A program made the translations under genes and the position numbers. A stretch of DNA of 64,000 nt from Felis catus (Eukaryota). Below the pieces are notes generated by a model. That model was not told where the DNA came from. It saw nothing but the letters and a program-made list of their open reading frames with translations, and ran no database searches. Shown here piece by piece: positions 25,234 through 37,826 of this stretch (position 1 is the first letter of the stretch; each line of letters starts with the position of its first letter). The DNA lies in the NCBI RefSeq assembly GCF_018350175.1, contig NC_058382.1:56794001-56858000 (forward strand). The letters are read 5' to 3'.

Positions 25234-26243
25234 ACTTGAGGAGACACCTGTGGATCCCAAATCTTCACCAAAAAGGCCACATCTTCCCGCTGAGAATGGC
25301 AGACATCCACCACCAGCCTTGGTTTCCCGGGACTCCGTTAGTTGCAAAAAGCAGACACCCTCTCAAGGTGGCTGGTGAAGATGTGGCTGTTGACAGGCCC
25401 AGAAGCTTCCAGGCGACAAGACGTGCAGGGAACCCCGGGGCACGGGGGCAGGGCTGGGAAACCAGCCAGAGACCAAGGATGCCTCCCAATCTGTCTTTTG
25501 TCTTTTGAGTACCCTGGGAACTCTCCATTTTTCTTGCAGTGTGTCTATTCTTTTACTTCTCTATGCATCTGTTCATAGCTGTCCGAGTGACAAAGAAAAA
25601 GGCCACCTCATGCTCAACTACTCAGAAACGTAGGATTTAAGGACCCTTTATTTGCGAGTATAGCCCCTATTTCTCTGAGTTCAGGTTCTTAGAGAAACAC
25701 CTGATTGCTCACAAAGCAGGCAATTACCTGTGAGTGGTTATCTGTGGTCGACAGTGAGTCTGGTGCCACATCTGGGCCCAGTCCGCTCTGGTCAAGGAAG
25801 CTGGGGTCCCATGACACAAAAGGCACCCTAGAACACTCTTTGCAGCAGGGGCTGAGATCTTCGTTAAGGATCCTCAGAAAAGGAAGGCTGATATCCACCA
25901 TTTAGAATTCTGTCGTTTCTACCATCTGAACTATAATTTAGTGTCACCTGCCTTTTTCTCAGTGAGACTGGAGGAGACGTGGTCCCCGTTCTCATCACGA
26001 GACCCTCAAACACGTGCACCCTGGCATCTTCTCCCCTTAGGTTTTTACTCCACAGACAAAAACGACCCCAACATTCAGTGTCTAATTATGGTGCTCTCAC
26101 TTTATGGAAGATCTGCCATTTGGGGAATCAGAGACATGATCCTCACTTTCCAGAAGCTGACAGTTGGGAGGGGCATGCCCCAAGCTGTCTCTGCTTGAGA
26201 GGACAGGTAGGCTTTGCTTACCATTGCTGGACACCCGAGCCCT

Positions 26244-26469
26244 GGCATCTGGGGGCTCAGTTGGTTGAGTGTCCAACCCTTGATTTCAGCTCAGGTCAGG
26301 ATCTCACAGTTTGTGGAGTTCATGGGATCAAGCCCCACGTCAGGCTCTGTACCAGCAGCACGGGGCCTGCTTAGGATTCTCTCTCTCTCCCTCTCTCTGT
26401 CTGCCCCTCCCCTGCTCACACACTCTCTCTCTCTCTCTTAAAATAAATAAATAAACTTTAAAAAAAAAA
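26244..26469 (+). mobile_element. Can-SINE (SINEC)
   Basis: ggctcagttggttgagtgtccaacccttgatttcagctcaggtc...(CT)n aaaataaataaataaac. Confidence 0.9.
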
Positions 26470-26776
26470 GGAGTGGGGGAGAGAAAGGGGTATTTAGAGA
26501 TTACAGAATTTTAACCAGATAGAGACAAGAGTCGAAGAGGCTTGCCAATGTCTGAAGCCATTATGGTCTGGTGGTTTCCTGAATATTCTTCTCCCATCTT
26601 GGTTCTACACTCATTTGGGGGCCTGCCTATGCATGTTCTGTTAGGACATGGCTAGGAAAAGATTCAGTAGGTGGTGTTGTCTTATGGGCTAGCTGATGGT
26701 TTCTAGCCAAAGACCTTCAGAGTCCCTTGTGGGCCTCTGTTGTTAATCACTTCTTAGACATAAAGGCTTCTAATGA

Positions 26777-26990
26777 GGGGCTCAGCCAGTTAAGCGTCCA
26801 ACTTCAGCTGAGGTCATGATCTCACAGGTCAGAGTTTGAGCCCCACATCAAGTTCTGTGCTGACAGCTCAGAGCTTGGAGCCTGTTTCAGATTCTCTGTC
26901 TCCCTCTCTCTTTTTCTGACCCTCCCCCACTCACACTGTCTCTCTCTCCCTCTCTCTCAAATAAATAAACATTTAAAAAAATGTTTTTAA
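26777..26990 (+). mobile_element. SINEC_Fc (5' damaged)
   Basis: gttaagcgtccaacttcagctgaggtcatgatctc...tgctgacagctcagagc. Confidence 0.9.
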
Positions 26991-27229
26991 TACAGAAGAA
27001 CTTTATTTAGAACTCTGTATGCTTATTAGAATTTTTATTTAAATAATATAGGTTCTTGTTTATATGTTCTTTTTAAATATTAGATATGTTTTATTATGTG
27101 AACTTCACACACATAATTACATTTTGTATTTTTGTATTTTATATATTTTAAATATTTTACATATTATATCACGTATGTATAAAGTGCGCATAAGCATTAG
27201 CCATAAGCTGAATTAAAATGTCCTCCTAT

Positions 27230-27453
27230 GGGCGGCTCCTGGGTGACTCAGTCAAGTAAGCGTCTGACTTCAGCTCAGGTCGTGGTCTCACAGTTTGTGA
27301 GTTCGAGCCCCGTGTCAGGCTCTGTGCTGACAGCTCAGAGTCTGGAGCCTGCTTTGGATTCTGCGACTCCCTCTCTCTCTGCCCCTCCCCCTTGGGATCA
27401 TGCTCTGTCTCTCTTTGTCTCTCAAAAAATAAACATTAAAAAAAAATTTTTTT
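27230..27453 (+). mobile_element. SINEC_Fc
   Basis: Full body; TSD-like tcctcctatg on both sides. Confidence 0.92.
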
Positions 27454-27906
27454 AACATCCTCCTATGTTTCCTTCTAAAACTTCTATTATTTTACCTTTC
27501 ACATTTTGTGTATGATGTGAGGTAGGGATGGATATTCATGTTTTCTCCACATGGATATCCAGTATCCAATGGTCCAGCACCATTATTGAAATGGCCATTA
27601 GCTGGAAACTAATGGAACTAATGAAACTAATGAAACTAATGGCCATTAGCTGGAAACTAACTCAATCATGTCCAAACATGAAAGCATGAATAACTGACCA
27701 CACATGCAGGCTTGGATACATGACAGTGGAGAAATGGTAGAAAACAAAATGTCTGGAGATGTCGCTGGTGAGCAAAACATATAAAGGGGGTGACTGGGAG
27801 GGAATGTGTCAATCTACTGAGCTGTAAGCCCCCCAGGGGAGAGAAGAGTGTCCCTTTCATTTACTGCTCTATTTCCTGTACCTGGTGACACTTCAGGAAT
27901 ATTTAC

Positions 27907-27951
<45 letters not shown>
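27907..27951. repeat. (GATA)n tetranucleotide microsatellite
   Basis: About 11 perfect units. Confidence 0.95.
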
Positions 27952-27952
<1 letters not shown>

Positions 27953-29499
27953 TTTACCAAGTAAATATTTTACTAAATAAATATTTCTTGCATTTTTCCA
28001 TCCTGGGGTGAATCCTAATCCTAGGTAGAAGGAAACCAGATACCTAATACAGCTATCCATTGTAATACAGCTGTAGGCTAACATCATTTGCCTTGGCAAT
28101 AAAGGGTCTGTTGTTAGAGCAAACCAGGGATACGCAAGTATGTGAATGTCAAATGCTCCTAACTGAAAGGAGAGATTTTCCACACCAATGCAGGGAAAGA
28201 AGATATCAACATAGATTATCCATTAAAAGCCAGACCCTGATAAGAACAGAGAGTCACAGGGGTTTAAACCATATTCTCCAATTTATTAGTAAGAATTTCA
28301 TAGGATACAAAACAAAATCCCAAATCGTCCCATCCTCACTAACAAATTCTGATTCCTTACTCCATGCCAGGCAATGTGCCAAGATTCTTAAATATATTAT
28401 CTTATTTCTAGCAATCACAGTTTCTACCCATTAGGCTATTAGCAAGAGATTAGATTTTTCCAATGAGTTCTATCCTTTATGTAAATATAGACTCATAAAA
28501 TTGTTTGCAAGTTAAATTTCTGATGATCTCTCCCTCACACTGTTAACCTCCCAGTAGAAATTCAAGTTTATCAAATTTTCTGGGATCTTAGCTTTTAATT
28601 TCCCAAAGCCAGGACCCAAATGACGACATCTCGACTTTTCAAGTTCACCGTCCATGAAACGTCATGGTTGACAGTTCGTGAACCTGGACTCCAATCGTCA
28701 GGCAGGCAAGCTCGCAGATGTCCGGTCCCTTAAAGTCATGCCCTGTCACCTCTTCCCCACCTGTGGCTTTCTACTCTGCTCATTATTATTTCCATCTTTG
28801 GATTAACCTTAATCTAAAACCAGCCGCTTGCTCTATGAGGAAGAGCATTTATTCTTCATGTAAAATAAAACAGAAGGCTCTCTTCCCCCTGGTGATGGAT
28901 GACCTTTGTGGAAAGTCCAGGCATTCTCTTCCTAAACGTCCATCACAAAACTCCCCGCATATCATCAAAGAAAGCAGAATGAAATAGTTCCAAATAGAAG
29001 GGAGAGAGCTAATGAGCCTTACTATGTCCCAAGCCAGTCACCCGCATTGATTGCGTAAAAATACATTTTGCATCTGGTATTTGATTTGCCACACAGTTTA
29101 ACAGAAAAGTGACTTTATCTATTTTTTTTCCAATTAGGGGAAGTAATGTTACAATCAATAATTCCTCCTGCTCTGGTGTGCTAAATTAATGTCTGTCTGT
29201 CTGTTTTTAAATCGCAAAGTGAGCATTGCTATAGAAATATAAAATGGTACTATTTCATTTTAATCTATTTAATTTTCCATCTTGAATTATATAATGGGGT
29301 TAAAACATTGAATAGAATTAATAGAATGAGTATTTAATTAAGCAATAATGAGTTTCTAAATGGATGCTCAAGGAAACTGACTTTGTAGTTTATGCAAGAA
29401 TCAGATAATGGTCCTAACAAAGACTGTAATAATTGTGTTGAATGTTTTCTATATTTAAAGATTTTTTTTTCTGAATTCTCTCAAGGGTAGATTTAAACA

Positions 29500-30010
29500 C
29501 AATCCAGTTCCTTGACTAGACTCAGCTTGGCTTTCATGGTAAATTCCAGTGCCTTTCCTTGGCCCCCAAAGCCTTGCATAATCTGAATCTGTCCTTCTCT
29601 GAAGTCCAGTGGGAAACAGTGCTCCCAGCCTCCCCCCACTCCAGACACACCCACCTTCCCTCCCTTCTGCAAATGTGCATGCTCCCCCCTGCCACTGGTC
29701 TCTGCTCCTGCTGTTCCAGATGCCAGGGACACTCTTTCTCCTTTCACCCTACTAACTCCTCCTCTGCTTTCATTTCTCAGGGAATCCCTCCCTAATGACC
29801 CTCCACAGCCTGGGTCAGGTACCCACTCCCTCTCACCAGCCCCCTTTCAAGCTACAGGCTCAGTGTTACTTTTTTTCCTAATATTGAACATAGGTTTATT
29901 ACCAGACATATACCATGTCTGTTTTATTTTGTAGTGTATGCCTAGAATTTAAGACTATATCATGCCTGGCATACAGAAGCCATTTCCCAAATATCTGTTG
30001 GCTGGATGTC
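29500..30010 (+). mobile_element. L2 LINE 3' relic
   Basis: ttggcccccaaagccttgcataatctg...ctcctgctgttccagatgccagggacactctt...catgcctggcatacagaagccatttcccaaatatctgttg. Confidence 0.65.
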
Positions 30011-30024
30011 TGTCTGGAAGAGCA

Positions 30025-30525
30025 ATAGATGGCCAAATGGATAGAGAATGATGGACAAATGGATGGATGGATGGATGGATGGATGGATGGATGGATGGAT
30101 GGATGGATGGATGGATTGGTGGGTGGATGGATGGCTAAGTGGATGGGTGGATGGATTGGTGGGTGGATGGATGGATGGATGGATGGATGGATGGATGGAT
30201 GGATGGATTGGTGGGTGGATGGATGGATGGATGGATGGATGGATGGATGGATGGATGGATTGGTGGGTGGATGGATGGGTAAGTGGATGGGTGGATGGAT
30301 TGGTGGGTGGATGGATGGATGGATGGATGGATGGATGGATGGATGGATGGGTGGATGGATGGGTGGATGGGTAGATGGATAAATGGAGGGATGGAGGGAT
30401 GGAGAATGGATGGGCAGATGATGGATGGATGGAAGGAAGATAAATGGATGGATGCATGGATGGAGGATGGATGGAGAATAGATGGAAAATGATGGGTGGA
30501 TGATAGAGGGGTGGATGGATGGTAG
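30025..30525. repeat. (GGAT)n/(GGTG)n compound tetranucleotide array
   Basis: About 500 bp of GGAT-type units; source of the MDGW/HPSI ORFs. Confidence 0.97.
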
Positions 30526-31784
30526 GTAAATGTAGCTGTGGACATATTGCTAAATCTAAGGATATATTAGGGCCACAGTACACACTGTGAGAATTCCTGT
30601 AATAATACCACCTTATTCCATTTGGAGACATTGGCTCGCACACTAAAAGGGTGTTTTATGCCATCCCCTATGGTATGTGCTCCAGATATTAAAAAAGAAG
30701 TGTCATGGGGGAAATCTGCACAGGTTTTTCCCACTTAGACATGGCCTAAATATCAATTTTAAGATCCATCCGTCCATCCATCAGATCTTCATGCATCCAG
30801 TACTGTGCTATGTACTGGGGATCAGGGCTGAGTCATCCAACAGTTACTATCGACACAGCATCCTCAAATCATAAGGAAAAAAGAACTTACAGAGTCAAAG
30901 AAAATTTTGGTTTTTTCCCTCACATAAAAAAAAAAAAAAATTTAAGCCCACGAAAATCTATTATGGCGGGAGGGACCAACGAAGGTGAAAGTACCTAAGA
31001 TCAACAAAAGTTGTGATGCTGCCATGCTAGAGATGTCCTGGAGAACAAAAGAGATCGGTCCATCCCTACCCTTCTGGAACATCAAGCAAGTAGCAGAATC
31101 AAGCATCAGTCAACAAGCCAGTCCCTCTTACGGCTCCTGGCTAGCCACATCTCTCATATTTCCTCTGCCCTCGCCTTTGATGCCTATATTTAAGACCTAC
31201 TGCCTATATTTAAGACCACCGATTCATTCAACAAATGCTTACTGTGTCCCCTCTCTGTACCTGACATCATGTGAGGGGTCGGGGGGAGATCTGTGAACAA
31301 GGCAGACCACATAGGGCCTCCCCCTCAAATCGTGATCTGTCCTAGGTGTTCATCTCAGCAACGTGAACCTCATCTGCTTTGACAAAGCAGCTTCTCACCT
31401 CTGTGCTAGATGTAGCAGCATTTCTACAGGATGGATGGTTCCCAGCATCCTCTGGTCTCAGCGCTCCGTGTGCCTGCATAATTGCCCACCTGGGGTCCTA
31501 AGGTGCCAGTGTCAGAAAAGACACAAGGACAGGTTATGAGCTGAGGTCTGATGTGATCAGTAGGGACAGAGAACCGGTCATCGGGCTCTGGACCCCAGCA
31601 GGGGTGAAGGACCGACCTAAGTGATGCGGGTCTTGAGTAATAGAACTTGTTAAAAGCAGCGCTTACAGGAATCCAGGAGACGCGGACTTGACCTTTGGTT
31701 CACTGAATGACTCTGGGCTTCCCTTGCTTCTCTGCCTATTTCTTCACCCATATCTGAACGTTCTTGACCTTGGACTCTATCATG

Positions 31785-32180
31785 CTTCTCTCAACCCAAA
31801 TTGCATACTAAAATTATCTGGACACGGGCACCTGGGTGGCTCGGTTGGTTAAGCATCTGCCTCTTGGTTTTAGCTCAGGTCATGATCTCATGATTCATGA
31901 GTTCAAGCCCCACAGCAGGTTATGTACTGACAGCATGGAGCCTGCTTGGGATTCTCTCTTTCTCTCTGTCTCTCTTTCTTTCTCCCTCTAAGTAGATAAA
32001 TAAACTTAAAAAAAAAAAAAAAAAAGAATGATCTGGACAGGTTAAGAAAGTACAGAATCTCAGACTTTACCCGAAACCCACTGAATTGGAATAGAGCCTG
32101 GTTAGTTAAAAACAAAACAAAACAAAACAAAATGCCCCTGAAAAGATTCTAATGTGCAAACAGAGCTGAAAACCATCTAT
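31785..32180. mobile_element. MER5-like hAT-Charlie fossil interrupted by a SINE
   Basis: tctcaacccaaattgcatactaaaattatctgga...[SINE]...gattctaatgtgcaaacagagctgaaaacca. Confidence 0.55.
31826..32025 (+). mobile_element. Can-SINE (SINEC)
   Basis: gggcacctgggtggctcggttggttaagc...; TSD core atctggaca on both sides; A tail. Confidence 0.92.
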
Positions 32181-33609
32181 CTAGGCTTACGCTTAGGAAT
32201 TCCATGATTTTTGTGAGAAGGAGGGAAAGATAGAAGGAAGAGCCTCCTTAGACAGGAATCAGGTCAACTTCCTTGTCTCCCGGAGCCGTATCCATGTGAC
32301 AGCGTCTCCCAGACCTCCCTGCTCTGGCCACTTTCCATCCCGCCATCATGTTCCACGAATTTCCCAGCGTCCCTTTCAGAGAAAAGGAAACAACCCACCC
32401 GGGTTTGCTGAGGTGTGGTAGACAAATTAGTTCGCGTCTCCGCCCCATCCCCCCCCAAGGCATCAAGATTAAGGCTTATGATTAATGATTTGCAAGTCAA
32501 TTAATCAGCCACCGCTTCTGAAACCTCATCTCTCAAATTACTTTTCTCTGAACACAAGGGCTTTCTGACACTGTCTCACTGTCTCTAGATTCACTTGGCT
32601 ACTAATTGAAATTCCAAGATATTTCTTCTTGTTGTCAGCTTATTGGTATTACTTGTCTGTAAAATATTTGCAAACAGATTACTATTCACGTGTAGTGTGT
32701 CAGAGGTAAGCACCAACACAATACTTTATGCTTCCAGCTCGAAGGAATGTGCTAATGATAGCTCGTGAAATTCTCTATCTCTGAGAAAGCTGATTTTTCA
32801 TTTATTGATTTATTTCCACCACACCTACTTGCAACAAGTATGTGAGATGTATTACAATAAAAACACAGGTACAACAAGGCTTCAAACAACTGATTTATAA
32901 GTTTCCGTAGAAAACGTTTTGTTTTGTTTTGTTTTGTTTAAGTCATGGGGAAGGAGTGGGACTTTCTTCCTTCGAGGAGATGGTGCGGTCGAGCAGAGGC
33001 TGTGGAGTCCGACACGGGAGGCGGGGGGGGGGGGGGGGTGGCGGGCTCCAGTTCCAGTCCCTCCACACGCCAGGGAGATATACACTGGCTCCCCGGTTAC
33101 CTTGGTTACCTTGTGGTTTAGGGTAGATGACGCTGCAAGAGCAAAGGCAGACAGAATTGCATAAAGGCTCAACCTCCATAGACGTCTGTCTCTCCTTCAA
33201 CAACAGCTCCCAGGACGGTGTTCTTCTCCTTGTGGGGACTCAGGACCCACGCTCCTCCCCCCGTAGCCGTACCCTGCCCTGGGGTCCTGTGGTTGCCTGG
33301 GTTCCGATAGAGGGCAGGAGAGAGGCACAGAGAAGAGACCGCTGCCCCCAGCTGGCAAACATCACATCTGGCCACATCCAGTAGGGGAGAAGGCAGTCTC
33401 ATGGCCTCACCTAAGTACAAGGAAGGCAGAGGGAGGGAGCGGACCATCCGCCAGCACAGCACAGCTCCGCGACCTGCCTGCACTATTGTTTACTCTGAAA
33501 CGAGGTGATGCGGGTAACGTACCCACTACCGGGCCCACGGTACGAGCCCCGCAAAGGGTCTTTGCTGTTCTTTCCAAAGAGTGACAGTAACCATCTGCTC
33601 TGTTTGCAG

Positions 33610-33792
33610 TTTCAAGCCACCGTCGAGGAAGGAGCCGTGGGGGTTATCGTCAACCTGACAGTGGAAGACAAGGACGACCCCACCACGGGCGCATGGAGGG
33701 CTGTCTACACCATCATCAACGGAAACCCTGGGCAGAGCTTCGAAATCCACACCAACCCTCAGACCAACGAGGGCATGCTGTCCGTCGTCAAA
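33610..33792 (+). CDS. CDH13: CDH13 (T-cadherin) internal coding exon, N-terminal part of cadherin repeat EC3 (probably equivalent to human exon 9)
   Basis: Acceptor ctgctctgtttgcAG ends at 33609 and donor AAA|GTAAGG starts at 33793. The 183 nt encode 61 codons, [61 protein letters not shown], with a cadherin Ca2+-binding DxD motif (DKDD). Recognised from recall as mammalian CDH13. Confidence 0.97.
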
Positions 33793-34124
33793 GTAAGGGC
33801 GCTTCCGGGCTCCTCCCTCCACCAGGCAGAGGGCCCCCCTGCTGGGGAAGGTCAAGGAGAAGTCAGCCCTGCTCTCCTTTTGGAATTGAAAACAGAAAAA
33901 GGGGCTCACAGCTCAAGGGTGAACTTGTATCCTCACAGCCACGAAACCAAGCTGTTTTACGGGCTCTAGGAAACTCAAACTTACGTGTAACCTTCAAAAA
34001 AATCCCAAACTTAATTTTTAAATGAGATTCTCCACACATGTGATCGTGAATTAGCAAAGATATGCAAAAATGGGATATGTGAAGGTTTTTTAAAGATCTG
34101 TGATCAAAACTGTGGATCATTACA

Positions 34125-34333
34125 GGACGCCTGAGTGGCTCGGTTGGTCGAGCGTCCGACTCTTGATTTTGGCTCAGGTCATGATCCCAGGGTCGTGGGA
34201 TGGAGCCCCGTGCTGAGCGTGGAGCCTGCTTAGAATTCTCTCTCTCTCCCTCTGCCCCTCTACCTTGTTGGCACATGTGCTCTCTCTCTCTCTCTAAAAA
34301 AAAAAAAAAAAAACAGAGAGAGAGAGAGAGAGA
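34125..34333 (+). mobile_element. Can-SINE (SINEC) about 330 nt downstream of the first exon
   Basis: ggacgcctgagtggctcgg...catgatcccagggtcgtgggatggagcccc; TSD gatcattaca at 34115-34124 and 34334-34343. Confidence 0.93.
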
Positions 34334-34423
34334 GATCATTACATTTCTTCTTGGTTTTTCCTTAGCACAATGTCAGTTATTCACTTAAAAACAGGAGATA
34401 AAGGGCGACAGACCCTTAGCATC

Positions 34424-34918
34424 TGTGCAAGTGTCCTGGGGCTGCCTTAACAAATGACCACAAACTTGGTGATGTAGGGCAACACACACTCACATTCTCT
34501 TACAGTTCTCGTGGCCAGAGCACTAAAATCAGTTTCACGAGGCTGAAGTTGGCAGGACTGGTTTCTCTTGGGGACGACCTATCTCCTCATCTTTCCCAGC
34601 TTCTGGAGGCCACCCACATTCCTTGGCTTGTGGCCCCATCTCGTGTCTTCAGTCCGGGGACAGCAGCACCATAGTTCTCTCTGGCTCTGAGTCTCTGCCC
34701 CCATCTCACATCTGTTTCTTCCTTTGACTTCTCTGCCTCCCTCCTTTGAGGACCTCTGGGATTCCATGGGTCCCCCTGGATAATCCAGGATCCCCGCAAC
34801 GAGGTCCTTTAGCCTAATCGCATGTGCAAAGGCCCCGTTGCCACGTAAGGTCATATATTCACAGGTTGCGGAGACTGGCACATGGTCATCCTGGGAGGTC
34901 ATTATCCAGCGTAGCGTG
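34424..34918 (-). mobile_element. ERVL-MaLR solo LTR (MLT1D-like)
   Basis: gctgccttaacaaatgaccacaaacttggtg...ttcccagcttctggaggccacccacattccttggcttgtggcccc...ggataatccaggat...gccacgtaaggtcatatattcacaggtt. Confidence 0.85.
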
Positions 34919-35764
34919 GGGATAATCCTCAGGACCCACTGAGGACGGCACATCTCGGAGGATGAGAGGCTGGGTTTCTCCCGAGCCCTGCCCTTTCCAA
35001 TACTTCCTTTACATTGAACTTCAGCTGCCTGGCTGAGAAGAACAGCCCCTGGGTCTTCCCAGGTCTCCTTCCCTAGTAACACAGGCACGGGCGGAGTTGT
35101 TAGGAGATCCTGGCACCGCCCTCCCAGTGCACCCACCCGTGCACTTTCACAAGTCGTGAAAGTCACAAACCCACGCAGCCTCTGCCTGTCCTCTGCGGCT
35201 AGCCTGGGGCTATACAGGCCGTCGGACAAGTTTCCGAACGTGCGGCTGAAAAACGGCATTTGGGTGAATATGCATCCCCATCATAGATCCTGGAACAGCA
35301 CAGTCGTCCCCAGAACCAGAGTCACGAAGGCGCGTCCTCCCCTCCCCGCCTTCCCACACGGGCCCTCACTGCTGAGTCTGAAACGTTAGCACGCAGAAGC
35401 CTCACCAAGGATGCTAGTCCCGACCCAGGTTCCTGCTGGGTCACCATGTGAGGGAGGGAGGTGTTCACCGAGCCCGGCCTCGCGGATGACCACGGCGGAG
35501 GGCGAGTTGCCACCCGCCCATTCCGCGACACCTGGGGCTCCCTCTGGGCCTCAGTCTGACCAGTGAGTGGACTTCCTTTGCTTCAGAATTGGGATGGAGA
35601 CTCCGCCTCCCTCCGGCTGCCTGCCACGTGAATTCCTCCAAAGGGCCTTGGACTCTCTCTGCTTCTCAGTCCACCAAGGTCAAAGCCCCCCGGGCAGCTT
35701 TCCGCAGGCAGGCCTGGCCTTGTTCCCGCCAGTGCACGAGTTAAAAATGCCTTCAGGTCAAGTA

Positions 35765-36190
35765 CCGACATACCAGGCTGATAGTGGCTTAAATACTAAA
35801 GAGAATTTCATGATTTCCATAACTAGATGAAGGTAGGCCAATCTAGGATTGACTGGCAGCTCAGGGTGTCAGAGAGCCATCAGGGGGCACAGCAGATGCC
35901 TCTGGCTTTTTCCTCATGGTCATAAAATGGCTGCCAAAGTTCCAGGTAGCACATCTTCCCGCTGCTGTGTTCTAAGGCTGGAAGCAAGGAGACAGCCAGG
36001 CAAGAAACAGAGAGAGAGAGAGAGAGAGAACTCTCAAGTGCCCCCCCCCCCGCCGCCGCCGCCTTAACGGAAGAAAATATCTTTTCCACTGGTTTCCCAG
36101 GCAACTTCCCATGATGTTTCATTGCCCAGATAACATATGCCCACCCTCAGCTGCAGGGAAGGCTCTGCAATCTAAATCTGGCCTTCGGGG
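35765..36190 (-). mobile_element. Old MaLR LTR fragment (MLT1K/L-like)
   Basis: agtggcttaaa...cctcatggtcataaaatggctgcc...ttccaggtagcacatc...tcattgcccaga...gcccaccctcagctgcagggaaggct. Confidence 0.55.
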
Positions 36191-37569
36191 CTTCTGCAGG
36201 AAGAGACGGGGAGGGGAGCACCGGGGAGGGGGTGGGGGGTGGTCTTTGGGCAACCAGCCATGAGCAGTCCCGCCCTAACAAGTTGGCAGTCCACATACGG
36301 AGGAACCAGCAGAAATTTCAGGACTGTGTGGTTCCCAGGGGAATCCTACCTCCCTGCAGGACCAAATCCTAACAGTTCCAGAAAGCAAGAACCTGTCTCC
36401 TTGTAAGAGCTTCTGGTCAGGAATGCTCTTAGCTGCTTTGTAAACCTATTCCAAAACTGTCAGGGAGTTACCCTTTCGGCTGAATATAATCCACCCTGTA
36501 TTTTAAGCCTGTTTTCTCTTTTGTCCTCAGAGGGGAAGGAAACATCCAGAAAGCCTTGATCCCCAAAGCGATAATAGGCTTAAAAGTCACTGTAAGATCA
36601 CTTCCAAATCCTCCCTCTATCAGACAACAGACCCCAGGCTCTTTACCTCTCCCCCACCCCCCCACGCCGTGTGGGATGGCTTTTCCAGCCTCTAAACCCC
36701 ACAGGACACACTGGTCCACACCCACTCTTGACCCTCAATGAAATATTAATCGAATCGAATCTCTGTAACTTTATCGGAAGTGTTTTCAATTTCCTCCCAT
36801 CCCTGACACAGAGACCCTGCACCAGACAAATCACATTAATGAGGTCACATGCCCGAGACAAAGGAGGGTTTCTTACTCCAGCGTGACCCAGGGCAGGGTA
36901 CGAGAGCAGAGACCCACGTTTTGCCAGCTCCCCAGCGGCCTGGCCCGGTGAACGCGCAAATGGAATCACTACAGCCTAATTCCGCACAGGGCAGGTGGGG
37001 TGAGCGAGCGAGGGCACTGCCCTGCAGAAAGGCAGCATGCGACTCACGGCCCCTCTGCCCTGCCTCCATGGCACTGATCCCGTCTCCACCCCTCGAAGGC
37101 CAGTGTTCTGCCCAGGGCATGTCGGCCTGGGGACGTACTTGGAGACGGGCTGGCGAGCAGGGCCTCCCATCTTTTTCTTCGTGGCCATCTTACCAGCTTC
37201 TTCATACCCTGGCGGCTCCAGACCAAGGTCTGTGGGAAACGCACCGCAGCTCCCTAGCCTCTCCCAGGGTCCCTTGCTCCAGTGCTCACCAGGCCAAGAT
37301 TCCGGGAAGGGCAGGGACAAGCGTGCAGCAGCCCCACGGGCCCAATGGTGACCGAGCACCAGGGCCAGACCTTGACCTGCACCCCTCTGTATTGGGGAGC
37401 GAAGGTGTCCCTTGCACCCCTATGAAGCTGCATCCCATCCCAGTGTGAATAAATCAGCCCAGAGTAGAGCAGAGGACCAGGTCCCCGTCAGCATCACGCT
37501 CGGTACAAACAGCGGTTTATTATTGGCTCCGATTTTCTCGTCAGGCTTCCGGGGCCAAAACATCCCTCT

Positions 37570-37745
37570 GTGCCACTTATGTGCTGTGTGACTTTAACTG
37601 AGTGATTCAATCTCTCTGAGCCTGTTCCCTCATCTACAAAATGGGAATAAAAAAACACCCACTATCACGAGGTAAAGTGAGGCTTGGGTGAGGTGATGCA
37701 CACAGGGCACTCCAGGCACAGGCAGGTGCACAGTAAGGGATAAAT
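37570..37745 (+). mobile_element. MIR SINE
   Basis: gccacttatgtgctgtgtgacttt...ctctctgagcctgttccctcatctacaaaatgggaataa. Confidence 0.75.
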
Positions 37746-37826
37746 AATGTCACGGCAAATGGGGACGCGTGGGGGTAAAGATCAAATATATATATTATGG
37801 GGGTCACAGGGCTCTAGGTGCCCCAC

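Larger units (their letters stand above)
1..33609 (+). other. CDH13: 3' part of a long CDH13 intron (upstream exon outside the window)
   Basis: No cadherin-like translation in any frame upstream of 33610; repeat-rich; CDH13 is known to have very long introns. Confidence 0.8.

Noticed and set aside
29960..30643. MDGW/HPSI-repeat ORFs up to 227 aa
   Set aside because: Translations of the (GGAT)n microsatellite.
33505..33969. 154-aa ORF as a stand-alone gene
   Set aside because: Only 33610-33792 is cadherin-like and it is bounded by splice sites; the flanks are intronic read-through.
34579..35259. 226-aa minus-strand ORF
   Set aside because: Largely overlaps an MLT1D LTR, has no recognisable domain, and is best explained as a chance ORF in GC-rich DNA.
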